DNA of 63,103 nt, the filler included, from Octopus bimaculoides (Eukaryota), in NCBI RefSeq assembly GCF_001194135.2. It is 6 parts of 5 records of this genome, joined end to end, with 100 filler letters (N's around TTAATTAATTAA, not from the genome) between each part and the next. Parts side by side here need not be neighbours in the genome. Positions count along the whole stretch, not along the records: positions 1 to 14,737 come from NC_068989.1; 5 more parts are not named here. One strand, 5' to 3'. The notes under the pieces are model-generated. The model ran no database searches, had not been told where the DNA came from, and saw only the letters and a list, made by a program, of their open reading frames with translations. This document shows positions 1 to 11,765 of this stretch, piece after piece (within the stretch, counting starts at the first letter, position 1; every line of letters starts with the position of its first letter). The translations under genes were made by a program, and so were the position numbers.

Positions 1-770
1 GGTGCTTTTTATGTGCCATTGGCATGGGAACCAGTCAGGCGGCACTGGCATTGGCCATGTTAGGTTAGTGCTTTTTACGTACCACCAGTACAGGAGCCAG
101 TTGGAGTGGGGGAGCAGGCATCGACCATGTTTGGACGGTGCTTTTTACATTCCACTGGCACAAGGAGCCAGTCAGGCAGCACTGGCGTTGACCCACACAT
201 GAATGGTGCTTATTGTGTGCCACCAGCATGAGAGCCAGTCATGCGGCACTGGCATTGGCCACAACTACAATTTCCATTTTGATTTCGATTTGATTGAAAT
301 TTTGATTTTCATTTTGATATTACTTGACTCAATAGGTCTCCTCAAGCACAGTGTGTCGTCCAACGATTCAAAGGTACTTTTTTAATGGGCTGGTTATATG
401 ACACTGGTATAGGCTATAGCTGTGATCTCACTTTATTTGCCGGGTCTTCTCAATCACAGCCTATCTCCAGAGGTCTCGGTCTCTTGTCATTGCCTCTGTG
501 AAGCCCAACATTCGAAGGTCATGCTTCACCACCTCATCCCATGTCTTCCTGGGTCTCCCTCTTCCATGGATTCCTTCCACTGTTAGGGAGTGACACTTCT
601 TCACACAGCTCTCCTCATCCATACACAGCACATGACCATACCAGCACAGTCGTCTCTCTTGCACACCACTTCTAATGCTTCTTAAGTCCAACATTTCTCT
701 CAGGGCACTTACACTCTGTTCTGTGTGCACACTGACATTATTCACCACCAATGCAGTGTTGATCACTCAT
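1..770 (-). mobile_element. 3' end of an RTE-clade LINE (ORF2 C-terminus plus tandemly repetitive 3' UTR)
   Basis: ORF 461-766 reads RRLCWYGHVLCMDEESCVKKC...GRGRPRKTWDEVVKHDL...RDRDLWR, typical of the RTE ORF2 tail. Positions 1-300 are GGCACTGGCA/GTGCTTTTTA-type repeats also present at 43140-43310. Confidence 0.85.
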
Positions 771-1370
771 TGTCATTGTTTGATATCTACACACACACAC
801 ATGATGGACTTCCACACAGTTTCCATTCACGAGGCATTGTTTACCCAGCGCTCTAGTAGAAGACAATTGCCTAAGGTGCCACACAGTGGAACTGGACTTG
901 AAGCCATGTGGTTGCAAAGTGAGTTTCTTAACTACACAGCCATGCTTGCATTATCTAATATATATTTTTTATCTCTGTCTCTTTTAATTATATCTAATTA
1001 ACTTTTTAATGTTAAGTGCATTAGATTATTATTACTGACTCAGTAAACTTCAATCATCCTCGTCATCATCATCATCATCATCATTTTACAACCACTTTCC
1101 GTGATGGCATGGGTTGGACAGGTTGTCTTAGTTTGAGTCAGCTCATTTAATCAGATTTCATTCCTCAATTGTGCCTCCCTTATCTACCTTCATTTCAACC
1201 TGGGGTTTTTTTTTGTTTTTTTTTTAATGACTGAATTCTCTTTCTGACACCAACAACTTTACAAAGTGTACTGGGTGCATTTTTACATGACACCAGCACT
1301 AAACAGGTTCTTTTTATTTTTTTCATTATTTTTTTCTTTTCTAATTCCATCTTTTATATTTTATAAATAG

Positions 1371-1422
1371 GAACAGGAAGAAGATGATGATGAAGATTTA
1401 AAATCACAACTTACTCTAGAAG
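1371..1422 (+). CDS. SSAT/SAT-like (diamine N-acetyltransferase, GNAT) gene, internal exon (equivalent to SAT1 exon 2)
   Basis: Acceptor ttttataaatag| and donor GAAG|gtaagt. The 52-nt exon is phase 0 to 1 and reads EQEEDDDEDLKSQLTLE(D). Length and phases match human SAT1 exon 2 as I recall it, and it splices in frame to the next exon. Confidence 0.8.
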
Positions 1423-1550
1423 GTAAGTTCTTTTCAGGATTAACTATTTCTTTACTATGTTTCTAATGAATAGACTACCTGTGTGTTTCAATTAGTTTTC
1501 ATTATAATCAATAATTTGAAAGGATTTAGTAAATTATCTGTAAATTATCT

Positions 1551-1745
1551 GGCTCCTGTGCAGGTGGCACGTAAAAGCACCCGCTATACTCTCGGAGTGG
1601 TTGGCGTTAGGAAGGGCATCCAGCTGTAGAAACTCTGCCAGATCAGATTGGAGCCTGGTGCAGCCATCTGGTTCACCAGTCCTCAGTCAAATCATCCAAC
1701 CCATGCTAGCATGGAAAGCGGGCGTTAAATGATGATGATGATGAT
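1551..1745 (+). mobile_element. RTE-tail SINE or 5'-truncated RTE 3' UTR ending in (GAT)n
   Basis: GGCGTTAGGAAGGGCATCCAGCTGTAGAAA...CCAACCCATGCTAGCATGGAAAG..CGTTAAATGATGATG. Related copies lie near 1054-1130(-), 4150-4330(-), 7420-7600(+), 21255-21600(-), 30275-30560(-) and 43320-43480(+). Confidence 0.7.
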
Positions 1746-1794
1746 ATGTAACTCCTACTAAATGTGTGCTTTTTTTCTTTCATTTGTCCACTCA

Positions 1795-1830
<36 letters not shown>

Positions 1831-2336
1831 CGCATACCCCTGAATTTTAGAGAATGTTCACAAAACTGTGATGNNNNNNNNNNNNNNNNNNNNNNNNNNN
1901 NNNNNNNNNNNNNNNNNNNNNNNNNNNNNNNNNNNNNNNNNNNNNNNNNNNNNNNNNNNNNNNNNNNNNNNNNNNNNNNNNNNNNNNNNNNNNNNNNNNN
2001 NNNNNNNNNNNNNNNNNNNNNNNNNNNNNNNNNNNNNNNNNNNNNNNNNNNNNNNNNNNNNNNNNNNNNNNNNNNNNNNNNNNNNNNNNNNNNNNNNNNN
2101 NNNNNNNNNNNNNNNNNNNNNNNNNNNNNNNNNNNNNNNNNNNNNNNNNNNNNNNNNNNNNNNNNNNNNNNNNNNNNNNNNNNNNNNNNNNNNNNNNNNN
2201 NNNNNNNNNNNNNNNNNNNNNNNNNNNNNNNNNNNNNNNNNNNNNNNNNNNNNNNNNNNNNNNNNNNNNNNNNNNNNNNNNNNNNNAAACTTGTGTTTTT
2301 ATCTTTTTCTTTTTAATGTCTTTATAATATGAGTTT

Positions 2337-2609
2337 GTTGTGTCTGGGGAGAGTCATTTTCTTATTGTGCCTTAAAATTTAACACACTCACCGGTAAAAT
2401 TTCCACTTATTTCTTATTTTTATTTTCCTAAAATTTTCGTTGTGTCTTGCAACCTTTTCAATAGTCTTGACTCCTTCTTGACTATTGAAGAGGTTGCAAG
2501 ACGCAACGAAAATTTTAGGAAAATAAAAATAAGAAATAAGTGGAAATTTTACCGATAGGTGTGTTAAATTTTAAGGCACAATAAGAAAATGACTCTCCCC
2601 AGACACAAC
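2337..2609. repeat. Long inverted repeat (about 130-bp arms, 13-nt spacer) in a SSAT-like intron
   Basis: 2337-2466 is the reverse complement of 2480-2609 with only a few differences. Confidence 0.9.
2482..2518 (+). ncRNA. Minimal type I hammerhead-ribozyme-like motif (C3U variant) in one arm of a palindrome
   Basis: CUA-UUGAAGA-G-[GUUGC AAGAC GCAAC]-GAAA-AUU-U/UAG. Stem I is only 3 bp. The mirrored copy in the left arm carries core mutations. Confidence 0.4.
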
Positions 2610-2959
2610 AGAATATGCTTCAACACACGAAATCACATAAAAAATCTTGCAAACCAAATCCAAAAATGAGTCTTATATATATATGAAAGCTGGCACCGAG
2701 TTGAATGATAGGAAATGGAATTAAACTGGATTATAACAGTATTAAACAAGAGGTTAATAGATATTTAAGACATTTGGTAGAGAAATTACAAACTCCAAAA
2801 TCCTGATGATCTCATGTAAGAAATTTAAAAGAATGTAACAAGAAAAATAAAATAAAACAAAACAAAAAACAAGTGAAAAGAGAAAATGAATATTAAAGCA
2901 AAGATTTATCATAATATTTAATTCGCATACTTTTGTTAATTGTGTTTTTTATCTTCTAG

Positions 2960-3025
2960 ATTTGAAGAAATATGGATTTGGTGAAGATCAGAAATTTGTG
3001 ATACTTGTGGCTCATCGTGTATCAG
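2960..3025 (+). CDS. SSAT/SAT-like gene, internal exon
   Basis: Acceptor tttttatcttctag| and donor TCAG|gtatga. The 66-nt exon is phase 1 to 1 and reads DLKKYGFGEDQKFVILVAHRVS, resembling SAT1 [20 protein letters not shown]. Confidence 0.9.
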
Positions 3026-3295
3026 GTATGAAGATCAATAGCAATATTATCTCTCAAATATAGGAGGAACAATCTAGAACAGTTTTTCCTAACCCTTTTG
3101 GCTGAATGTCCCACAAACTTTTGCATGCTTCATCCCCCAATTTGTATATTTTTATATAATACAAGCAGTGTCTGCAATGAAATTTAAAATTACTGTATTG
3201 CTTATTGCTGTCATCATGGTTCTTAATGTACCCTTAGTGGGTGTGGCATGAACTCCCTTGTGAACCACTTATCTAGAGGCTCTCACTGTAGCTTG

Positions 3296-3336
<41 letters not shown>

Positions 3337-5354
3337 TACAGAATGGGACAACAACGCAAAACATCCAGAGAGTTAGGTGATACACGAAAGGGACAAAACA
3401 TCCAGATAGACGATACAAAGAAAACACGGACNNNNNNNNNNNNNNNNNNNNNNNNNNNNNNNNNNNNNNNNNNNNNNNNNNNNNNNNNNNNNNNNNNNNN
3501 NNNNTTCTTTCTTCAGTCGAGATCCAGATTATCCTTGCAATTTCGGCTGGTTATTCTCGATATTGCTCCAATCTGGCCAGAAAAACTAAGCTAAGGGCAT
3601 TAGATTCCTTGGAAGAAAGCAGCGAATGTATACAAAAACAAGGACGAAAAAAACGAACAATGTTACACAAATACAGTAGGAATAATAACGGGACATAGCA
3701 ACAGATGTCTTTCAATTAAGGACGAATAAAATTAAGCTGGCATATATGGAAATAAGGCCTTACAGCCGGGATACAAGATTTCACAGGCACAGGGAGGAAT
3801 AACGATGTGGCATGCATAATGGCTGCCCAAGAAAGAAAGGTCAAGCTTGGCCGAACACCGGTCACGTGGGAAGAGAAGAGAGAGAGGTAGAGGCAGAGGG
3901 ACAAAAGAATTAGGGAGGGGCAAGAAAAAAATATTTATGTGTGCATTTTGAAATAGTGGGAAGATTCAAACTCATTGGATTATAGAGCTTTTACTGCTTA
4001 TGACAGCCCATCAAAGGTGATGATAGAGTCGGACAAAGATGTTCATCCTTCTCCTCCAGCCCATTGTTTATCATGGGAGTGGATGTGGCTGACGAGACCA
4101 ATACAAGACAAACAGATCCTGTGGTATTGAGGGCACTGGAAGTGACCACAAAACACAGCTGATGATGATGATGAATGGGGAGGCTGGTTTCTCGTTCATA
4201 AGGAGTTTAACCTTATGGCATATCTTCAGACCCCAAACACTGCTGGTCTGAAGATATTCCATGAAGCTAAACCCCTTATGAGCAAGAAACCCAGGGTAAC
4301 CCCACAAACTGGCCTCCCCCATTATAATGTTAACTGTTCTACATCTTGAAGTGTGCTTCTCCTCTGGATTTATGTATTTCTACAGATTGTATATATATAT
4401 TTATTAATAAGGGTAGAAATTAATATTAATCAATTAAAACCAGTGGTCTAGCATATTAAAAAATCCGAAGATTAAAATTATATTACATACAAAAATAAGA
4501 GGAATGACAAGCAAAAGTGGACTCCTATATTCTAGAAATAGATGCCATAGGTTAATCTTTTTTTTTTTATTTAGTATTTTTTCATTTGTCTTGCCCTTTT
4601 ACAGTCTGTTGTGTCACTAAATTTTTACTGAGAACATATTTTTCGTGGTTAGATGATTCGGCATCTATTTCTAGCATATGGGAGTCCACTTTTGCTGGTC
4701 ATTCCTCTTATTTTTGTATGATTGTATATATATATATATATGTCTGTGTCTGTGTTTGTCCCCCCAACATCACTTGACAACCAATGCTGGTGTGTTTACA
4801 TCCCGGTAACTTAGCGGTTCGGCAAAAGAGACCAATAGAGTAAGTACTAGGCTTACAAAGAATAAGTNNNNNNNNNNNNNNNNNNNNNNNNNNNNNNNNN
4901 NNNNNNNNNNNNNNNNNNNNNNNNNNNNNNNNNNNNNNNNNNNNNNNNNNNNNNNNNNNNNNNNNNNNNNNNNNNNNNNNNNNNNNNNNNNNNNNNNNNN
5001 NNNNNNNNNNNNNNNNNNNNNNNNNNNNNNNNNNNNNNNNNNNNNNNNNNNNNNNNNNNNNNNNNNNNNNNNNNNNNNNNNNNNNNNNNNNNNNNNNNNN
5101 NNNNNNNNNNNNNNNNNNNNNNNNNNNNNNNNNNNNNNNNNNNNNNNNNNNNNNNNNNNNNNNNNNNNNNNNNNNNNNNNNNNNNNNNNNNNNNNNNNNN
5201 NNNNNNNNNNNNNNNNNNNNNNNNNNNNNNNNNNNNNNNNNNNNNNNNNNNNNNNNNNNNNNNNNNNNNNNNNNNNNNNNNNNNNNNNNNNNNNNNNNNN
5301 NNNNNNNNNNNNNNNNNNNNNNNNNNNNNNNNNNNNNNNNNNNNNNNNNNNNNN

Positions 5355-5708
5355 NTACCAACCACATGGTTCCGGGTTCAGTCCCACTGCGTGGCACCTT
5401 GGGCAAGTGTCTTCTACTATAGCCTCGGGTCGACCAAAGACTTGTGAGTGGATTTGGTAGACGGAAACTGAAAGAAGCCCGTCGTATATATATATATATA
5501 TGTCTGTGTCTGTGTTTGTCCCCCCAACATCACTTGACAACCAATGCTGGTGTGTTTACATCCCGGTAACTTAGCGGTTCGGCAAAAGAGACCAATAGAG
5601 TAAGTACTAGGCTTACAAAGAATAAGTCCTGGGGTCGATTTGCTCGACTAAAGGCAGTGCTCCAGCATGGCCACAGTCAAATGACTGAAACAAGTAAAAG
5701 AGTAAAAG
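5355..5708 (+). mobile_element. CORE-type tRNA SINE (family B) with central microsatellite, 5' end in gap
   Basis: Same sequence as the full-length copies at 17397-17809 and 47169-47597. Contains the MIR/CORE-like GGCACCTTGGGCAAGTGTCTT. Confidence 0.8.
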
Positions 5709-5815
5709 TCATTCAAAGTATGTGCATAATATGTGTATGATTAATAATTAACATGATTAATCATTATTAATGATTAATAATGATTAACAATTCGGCTTTT
5801 TATTTCTTATTTTAG

Positions 5816-5970
5816 ATACAAGTGCTACGCCCTTCTTGGTAGGATATTTGTTTTTTAGCAAAATCTTTTGCACTTTCATGGGAAAGACACTGCTGGTTGA
5901 TGATTTATATGTTACACCAGATTACCGTAACCAAGGCATATGCAAACAACTGGGACATCTTTTGGTGAAG
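5816..5970 (+). CDS. SSAT/SAT-like gene, internal exon with GNAT motif A
   Basis: Acceptor tttcttattttag| and donor GAAG|gtaatg. The 155-nt exon is phase 1 to 0 and reads DTSATPFLVGYLFFSKIFCTFMGKTLLVDDLYVTPDYRNQGICKQLGHLLVK. It aligns to SAT1 [45 protein letters not shown]. Confidence 0.92.
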
Positions 5971-6078
5971 GTAATGTTAAAATCTGTATTTCCTTGTACT
6001 CTTTTATTTAGTCTTTTAACATTCAGATTACTCTGGCAAATGTAATGCTTATTTATGCTTATTTATGCTTATTTATTC

Positions 6079-6452
6079 GGAGGTGCAATGGCCCAGTGGT
6101 TAGGGCAGCGGACTCGCGGTTTTGATTCCCAGACCGGGCGTTGTGAGTGTTTATTGAGCGAAAATACCTAAAGCTCCACGAGGCTCCGGCAGGGGATGGT
6201 GGCGAACCCTGCTGTACTCTTCCACCACAACTTTCTCTCATTCTTACTTCCTGTTTCTGTTGTGCCTGTAATTCAAAGGGTCAGCCTTGTCACACTATGT
6301 CACGCTGAATATCCCCGAGAACTATGTTAAGGGTACACGTGTCTGTGGAGTGCTCAGCCACTTGCATGTTAATTTCACGAACAGGCTGTTCCGTTGATCG
6401 GATCAGCTGGAACCCTCGACGTTGTAAGTGACGGAGTGCCAACAACAACAAC
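6079..6452 (+). mobile_element. tRNA-derived SINE (family A) with 14-bp TSD, nested in a piggyBac-like MITE
   Basis: A-box-like TGGCCCAGTGG, B-box-like TTTTGATTCCC and an (AAC)n tail. TSD ATGCTTATTTATTC at 6065-6078 and 6453-6466. Flanks 6010-6064 and 6467-6640 match the MITE at 44680-44899. Confidence 0.85.
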
Positions 6453-7923
6453 ATGCTTATTTATTCACATTGTTTTGAATGAATCTTATATTATCTCTTA
6501 GCTTCAAAATTTTGATGATGAAATTATTTCTTTTTAGAATGACATTGTAGGGTAGGTATGAGATGCCAGATCTCACTGGTTTGAATATAAAACAGGTAGA
6601 ATATTTGGGTCTGATATGGTTGGTTTAAATGATATTGGATTGCGTTAAATTATTTAACGCCTATTGCAAATATCTGTTTGACAAATTCTTTGTACACATT
6701 TTCAATTACATGGATACATTTGCTGCTGCTACTGCTACATGTGTGTGCATGCATTTTTGTTTCCTTGTCTTAGCATTACATGATAGTTGAGAGTCACTCC
6801 ATCATTCAAGCAGTGTCCTTTGTTTTCATTCTTCTCTGTAAAAATGCTGGCCATGCAGAAAATTTACTTTGCTTGGAAACAGGTAAAGGTTGGCAACTGG
6901 GCAGGCATCTGGTGATAAGAAAATCTGCCTCAACAACTATTCTCTTCCCTGGGCTACTTCTATTGCTATTCATCACCTACTCTTACCTGTATTCACCTGT
7001 CATAGTTTATCACTCTCCTCCTTGTCTTCTTCCCAATAACTCTCCTTGCTTCATCCCCTAATTGTAGTTTACTTGCTGTCATCACCTCTATTCCTGTTCC
7101 CTTCCTCAGTCACATTTCCTGAGCAAACATACACATCTCAAGGTTCTGAGTACTCTCTCTACTCACAGTGTGTCAGGCATTCTTTTGTGTGCTGAAGCCA
7201 TGGCAAAGGTACCTCCCCACCAACACACCCTTGAGAGTTATTGGTAAATGAGCAGGGGAAAATGTACCCAATACAAAAATGCTCCCAGTACACACTCCTA
7301 AGTGGATGGCAAATGAGCTGAGACAAAGTAGGCTCAAAAGATCTTGTATCACTTTTAATTTTGTATCCCTGAAAACCTGATCTTACCTCTATTGTTTGTG
7401 CCATGAGAACATGTACCTAAATCCTCTACTAAGTACTTGGTTAAAGGTAGGGCATCCATCTGTAGCAGCCAATGCAAAATGACACATACAAATACCAGTC
7501 TATGAGAGTAGGTGCTTCCAATAAGAACTACTTTGGGCCATAGCAAACTGTTCAACCCATGCCAGCATGGAAAGCAGATATAGTGATTATGAAGATGATG
7601 AAATAAAAGCCATTAATTAATTATTATCTTAGCCTTATAAGATTATCCATGAAGTCAATCAAACAATATCAATGAACTCACCATAAACCATAAATCCAAA
7701 ACATGTTCAACTTTGTGAGAATAAAGGACAATTCAGAATAACAAGGCCCCTAAATATAAAAAATTCACAAACAGACATATCAAGCATACATTCCCCTCTT
7801 CAGCTGCCCAGTGGATGTCACTATGATTTCGACATCTGGGCAGTACTTAATCTCTCTGTTTTTCATCTTATCCATTCTTATTTCTAATGGGTAATAACAA
7901 CATTTTGTTTCTGTTTTCTCTAG

Positions 7924-8100
7924 ATTGCATTGGAGCAGGACTTTCGCCAAGTGCAGTGGTACACGCCTACAGACAACGTTGAGATTAAGAACCTGTGTAA
8001 TTTGGTTCATGCAGTAAACGAGAGCAAAATTGACAACTATTTCTATTTGAATTTTTTCAAAGAAGACATAGAGAAGCTGAACAATTGTATCGAACTTTAA
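7924..8100 (+). CDS. SSAT/SAT-like gene, last coding exon
   Basis: Acceptor tttgtttctgttttctctag|, phase 0. Reads IALEQDFRQVQWYTPTDNVEIKNLCNLVHAVNESKIDNYFYLNFFKEDIEKLNNCIEL then TAA. Position and length match the last SAT1 exon ([30 protein letters not shown]...). It is absent from the ORF track because it has no Met. Confidence 0.88.
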   Translation: MALEQDFRQVQWYTPTDNVEIKNLCNLVHAVNESKIDNYFYLNFFKEDIEKLNNCIEL

Positions 8101-9900
8101 GGAAGTGGTAATACAACAGAAATATTTCAACATTGTTTACAGTAGATTAACCTGAGAAAGATGCATGAAGAGGACCAAACATGACTAAGATTTATCTAAA
8201 TTATACTGAAATACTGATATAGATAAGCTAAGCAGTTACAATGTATTGTAATAATTATATTACACAAATTTTGTCCTCATCAGCTGGGTTTTTTTCCACC
8301 AAGAACATATATTTATATTATACATATAGATATGTATACAGTTTAGTAGCCACATGATCATAGATAGACACACACTCATGCTTATTCATACACATATGTA
8401 CAACATATACTCAAGGTTTTCTAAATTAATATTGGTATTTTAATATTGAAGCTCTGATCTCATCAGTATTTTAAGAATAAGAGTTCCTTATTTATAAAAT
8501 CGTATTTATGCGATTCTAAACTTTAAGTGTGATATATTAAAATCCTAATCAAAAGATTTCAATCATTCTGGCAAATACCTCTAAGTAATTCTCTAGTGGA
8601 GAACAAAATATAATAATACTGTAGAAGCTGCTTATTATAATCACTGACCATGTTATCAGATAGTTATTATTATCAAAATAAGTGGGTCCCAAATGAGCTC
8701 AGGATATCCCAAACATATCCTCTGCTTAATGTTATTAATGTTATCGGTTGGATATTGTTATCTAAAAGGCTCCGTCCCAAAGCAATCACAGTATGCAACT
8801 TCCATTGTATTAGAAAATTATCAACATTTTCATAATACTCCTTTTTTTACTTACCTTTTAATGCCGTATCCTAGTCAGATGTTTAGGGTGTTGCCTTCGT
8901 TATTTATGATTTCATATCTACTTGGATGGATTGAAAAGGTCTTCAGGTCAATTTGTCTCCATTTTGCTGTGGTTATTTTATCCCTTTCTTAGCTTGGATC
9001 TGACTATTTTTTTTTCTTTTCTGTATCACATTTTATGTTGCATAACTTATTTTTTGGTATGGAGAAAGAATCTCTTTGTTGTCAGAAACAAAGGAATGCA
9101 ATTTCCTTAAATATCTCTTTAACTACTTTAATTATTATAATTTAATTATTTATGCTAACATTTCTAGTTTGGAATTTATAAGTTAGTCAACTTATTCTCT
9201 TTAAACAAAAAAAGCGAGCTAAGGGAAATAACTGAAGTTCTATTACAAGTTAATCTCCTCAATAATCCTTTCACAAAAGCTGCTTCCTCTATTCTCAAGG
9301 GTTTAATATTAATTTACTTAAAGATCCTGTACACCTGCTATATGCTCATTTGTGTTATTGGTTACCGAAAACATCTTTGTTTTCTGTGAAGTGATGTCTT
9401 ACATTCTCATACAGTCTACTTTTGGAGGAGAAATCCTTAATCAAACGAGATTAAAGTTCCAATTATAGAGGAACATCATTAAACACTATGACATTTTGCC
9501 CAGTGTTTCATTATCTCTGCCAATTCATAGCTTATACTTCCTACATAATCACGACTTATGTACCTCTGAAATTAATCCTAATTATTACCCACCACCACCA
9601 CCACCACGTCCCTAGCTAATTTTCCTTTTCTTGCTTTTAAACATGATTTGTTATTCTTGTGTTGGTGCTATGATAAAACCAGATCATATGCATAAAGAAA
9701 TTCTGACAATCAACCAACATTAAGTTCTGCCATAATGACTGCAATGAATAATTAACAAAAAAAAAACAACATATAGATAAAGCTGAGGACTTGCCTTGAG
9801 TCTTAGCCCTTTGTCTGTCCAATGCATTTTCATAAGTTTGTCCCAAACATCCATGCTTGTTTTCAAACTTTTAGTTATTCCTTGTTTCATATGTTCTGAG

Positions 9901-10282
9901 GAGGCGCAATGGCCCAGTGGTTAGGGCAGCGGACTCGCGGTCATAGGATCGCGATTTTGATTCCCAGACCAGGCGTTGTGAGTGTTTATTGAGCGAAAAC
10001 ACCTAAAGCTCCATGAGGCTCCGGCAGGGGATGGTGGCAAACCCAGCTGTACTCTTCCACCACAACTTTCTCTCACTCTTACTTCTTGTTTCTGTTGTGC
10101 CTGTAATTCAAAGGGTCGGCCTTGTCACACTGTGTCACGCTGAATATCCCCGAGAACTACGTTAAGGGTACACGTGTCTGTGGAGTGCTCAGCCACTTGC
10201 ACGTTAATTTCACGAGCAGGCTGTTCCATTGATTGGATCAAGTGGAACCCTCGACGTCGTAAGCGACGGAGTGTCAACAACA
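9901..10282 (+). mobile_element. tRNA-derived SINE (family A), full length with TSD
   Basis: Near-identical to 6079-6452. TSD ATGTTCTGAG at 9891-9900 and 10283-10292. Confidence 0.85.
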
Positions 10283-11765
10283 ATGTTCTGAGTAATGTAA
10301 AGCTTTCCTTTCATAAATCCAAAGTTACTCTGATGGCTGAAAAAAAAAAATTGCGAATGTGTATCATATATGATGCATGGATGCTGAGGTAATATATTCC
10401 ATGTAACACATGTGGTACACAGAACAGGCAAAGGGCTATGCAGGAAAAAAAAAATTTATGTAAATTATTGTGACCCCCTTGGGTTAAGTTTTGAGATTAT
10501 TGACCACATGGTTATGAGTTCAAAATTTACTATAACCATTCTATTGAACATTTGAGCATAAACACATGACTGTGCTTAGTTCAATTTGCCCGACTAACAC
10601 GAAAATGGTTCCACTTCTACTTCACAGTTGAAGAATTAGTCGTAGGAAAGACACCTGTCTTGTTAAATTGTCTTACTCATTACTAGCATTGCAAAGATAG
10701 TTGTAAAATAAATATAATCTCTAAAGTTCAGTGATATTGCTACTTGTAGTCTTAGGAAACCATGGAAATCACACACTTACTCTATCATGGCTTCAGCTAG
10801 GTAGCAGTTTTAAGATTTTCACATTACTTGCACAGCAACTCTCATTCTTTACAATGTAAAACGTTTCTAACTGATCTTCGAAAAACAAAGCTATCTTCTT
10901 TTTCATGCTATAACAACATAAAACACCACTAAATGAGTTTTTATTCAATTAAGCATTTCAGTGTGAGTAAAATCAATTAAAATATTCATGTAAATTAGAC
11001 TTTTGGCACTACATATGAAGATTTTAGTTTGAAAGTTTAAAGAATTTTTTTTTTTTAACAATATATTTCAATTTGAAATTAAAATTCAGATGTTAATAGA
11101 AATTCTGAAAAAGCATAAATTAAAAACTAGCATTTAAAAAAAAAATTTATTGATATAAATTTAAATTACAGATATTATTAAATATTCAGTTCTGATTCTA
11201 ACCTCATTTTAATTTTTTTAAATAATTAATCCCTAATGTTGCCCTCAGTATTGGTTTAAGAAAATATCTTGGAATTATCCATTTGAATTTAACACCATGC
11301 ATACACACACACACACACACATACACTTTACTCCTAACAACATTGAAATAAAACCCCAAAGAAACAATTGAAGGAATAAAATTGAAACTGAAATTTCCCT
11401 CCCCAAATAAAAAAATTGGCAACAAGTAGTCGTGCTTTGGTGAGTAAGATATCACCACATTATGCAAAAGCTAACATACTGCATACATCACATCATGTGA
11501 TGTACACACATACCTGTGCACACACGCACACACGCACACACTCACCAGTATTAATATATAGACACCAAAATGAGGATGAAGATTGATTTGACATATTGTT
11601 AGAATATATCAGTCAATCATTGAGTTATTATACCTTTCTTTTTTTTTATATATTCTAAAAACTTTATCCTGCTGATTTACTGACTTTCTCTTCATTCTTT
11701 TTACTGCATTTGCTGTAATGAGCCATGTAGGATCATAGATACATATTATATATATATATATATTG

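Noticed and set aside
4730-5627. Identical ~135-bp SINE segments on both sides of the 4868-5354 gap (similarly around 39437-39490)
   Set aside because: Most simply unmerged contig overlap or scaffolding redundancy. There is no evidence of a true tandem duplication.
7780-8133. 117-aa minus-strand ORF
   Set aside because: It is the antisense shadow of the last SSAT-like exon, which has a proper acceptor and family similarity on the + strand.
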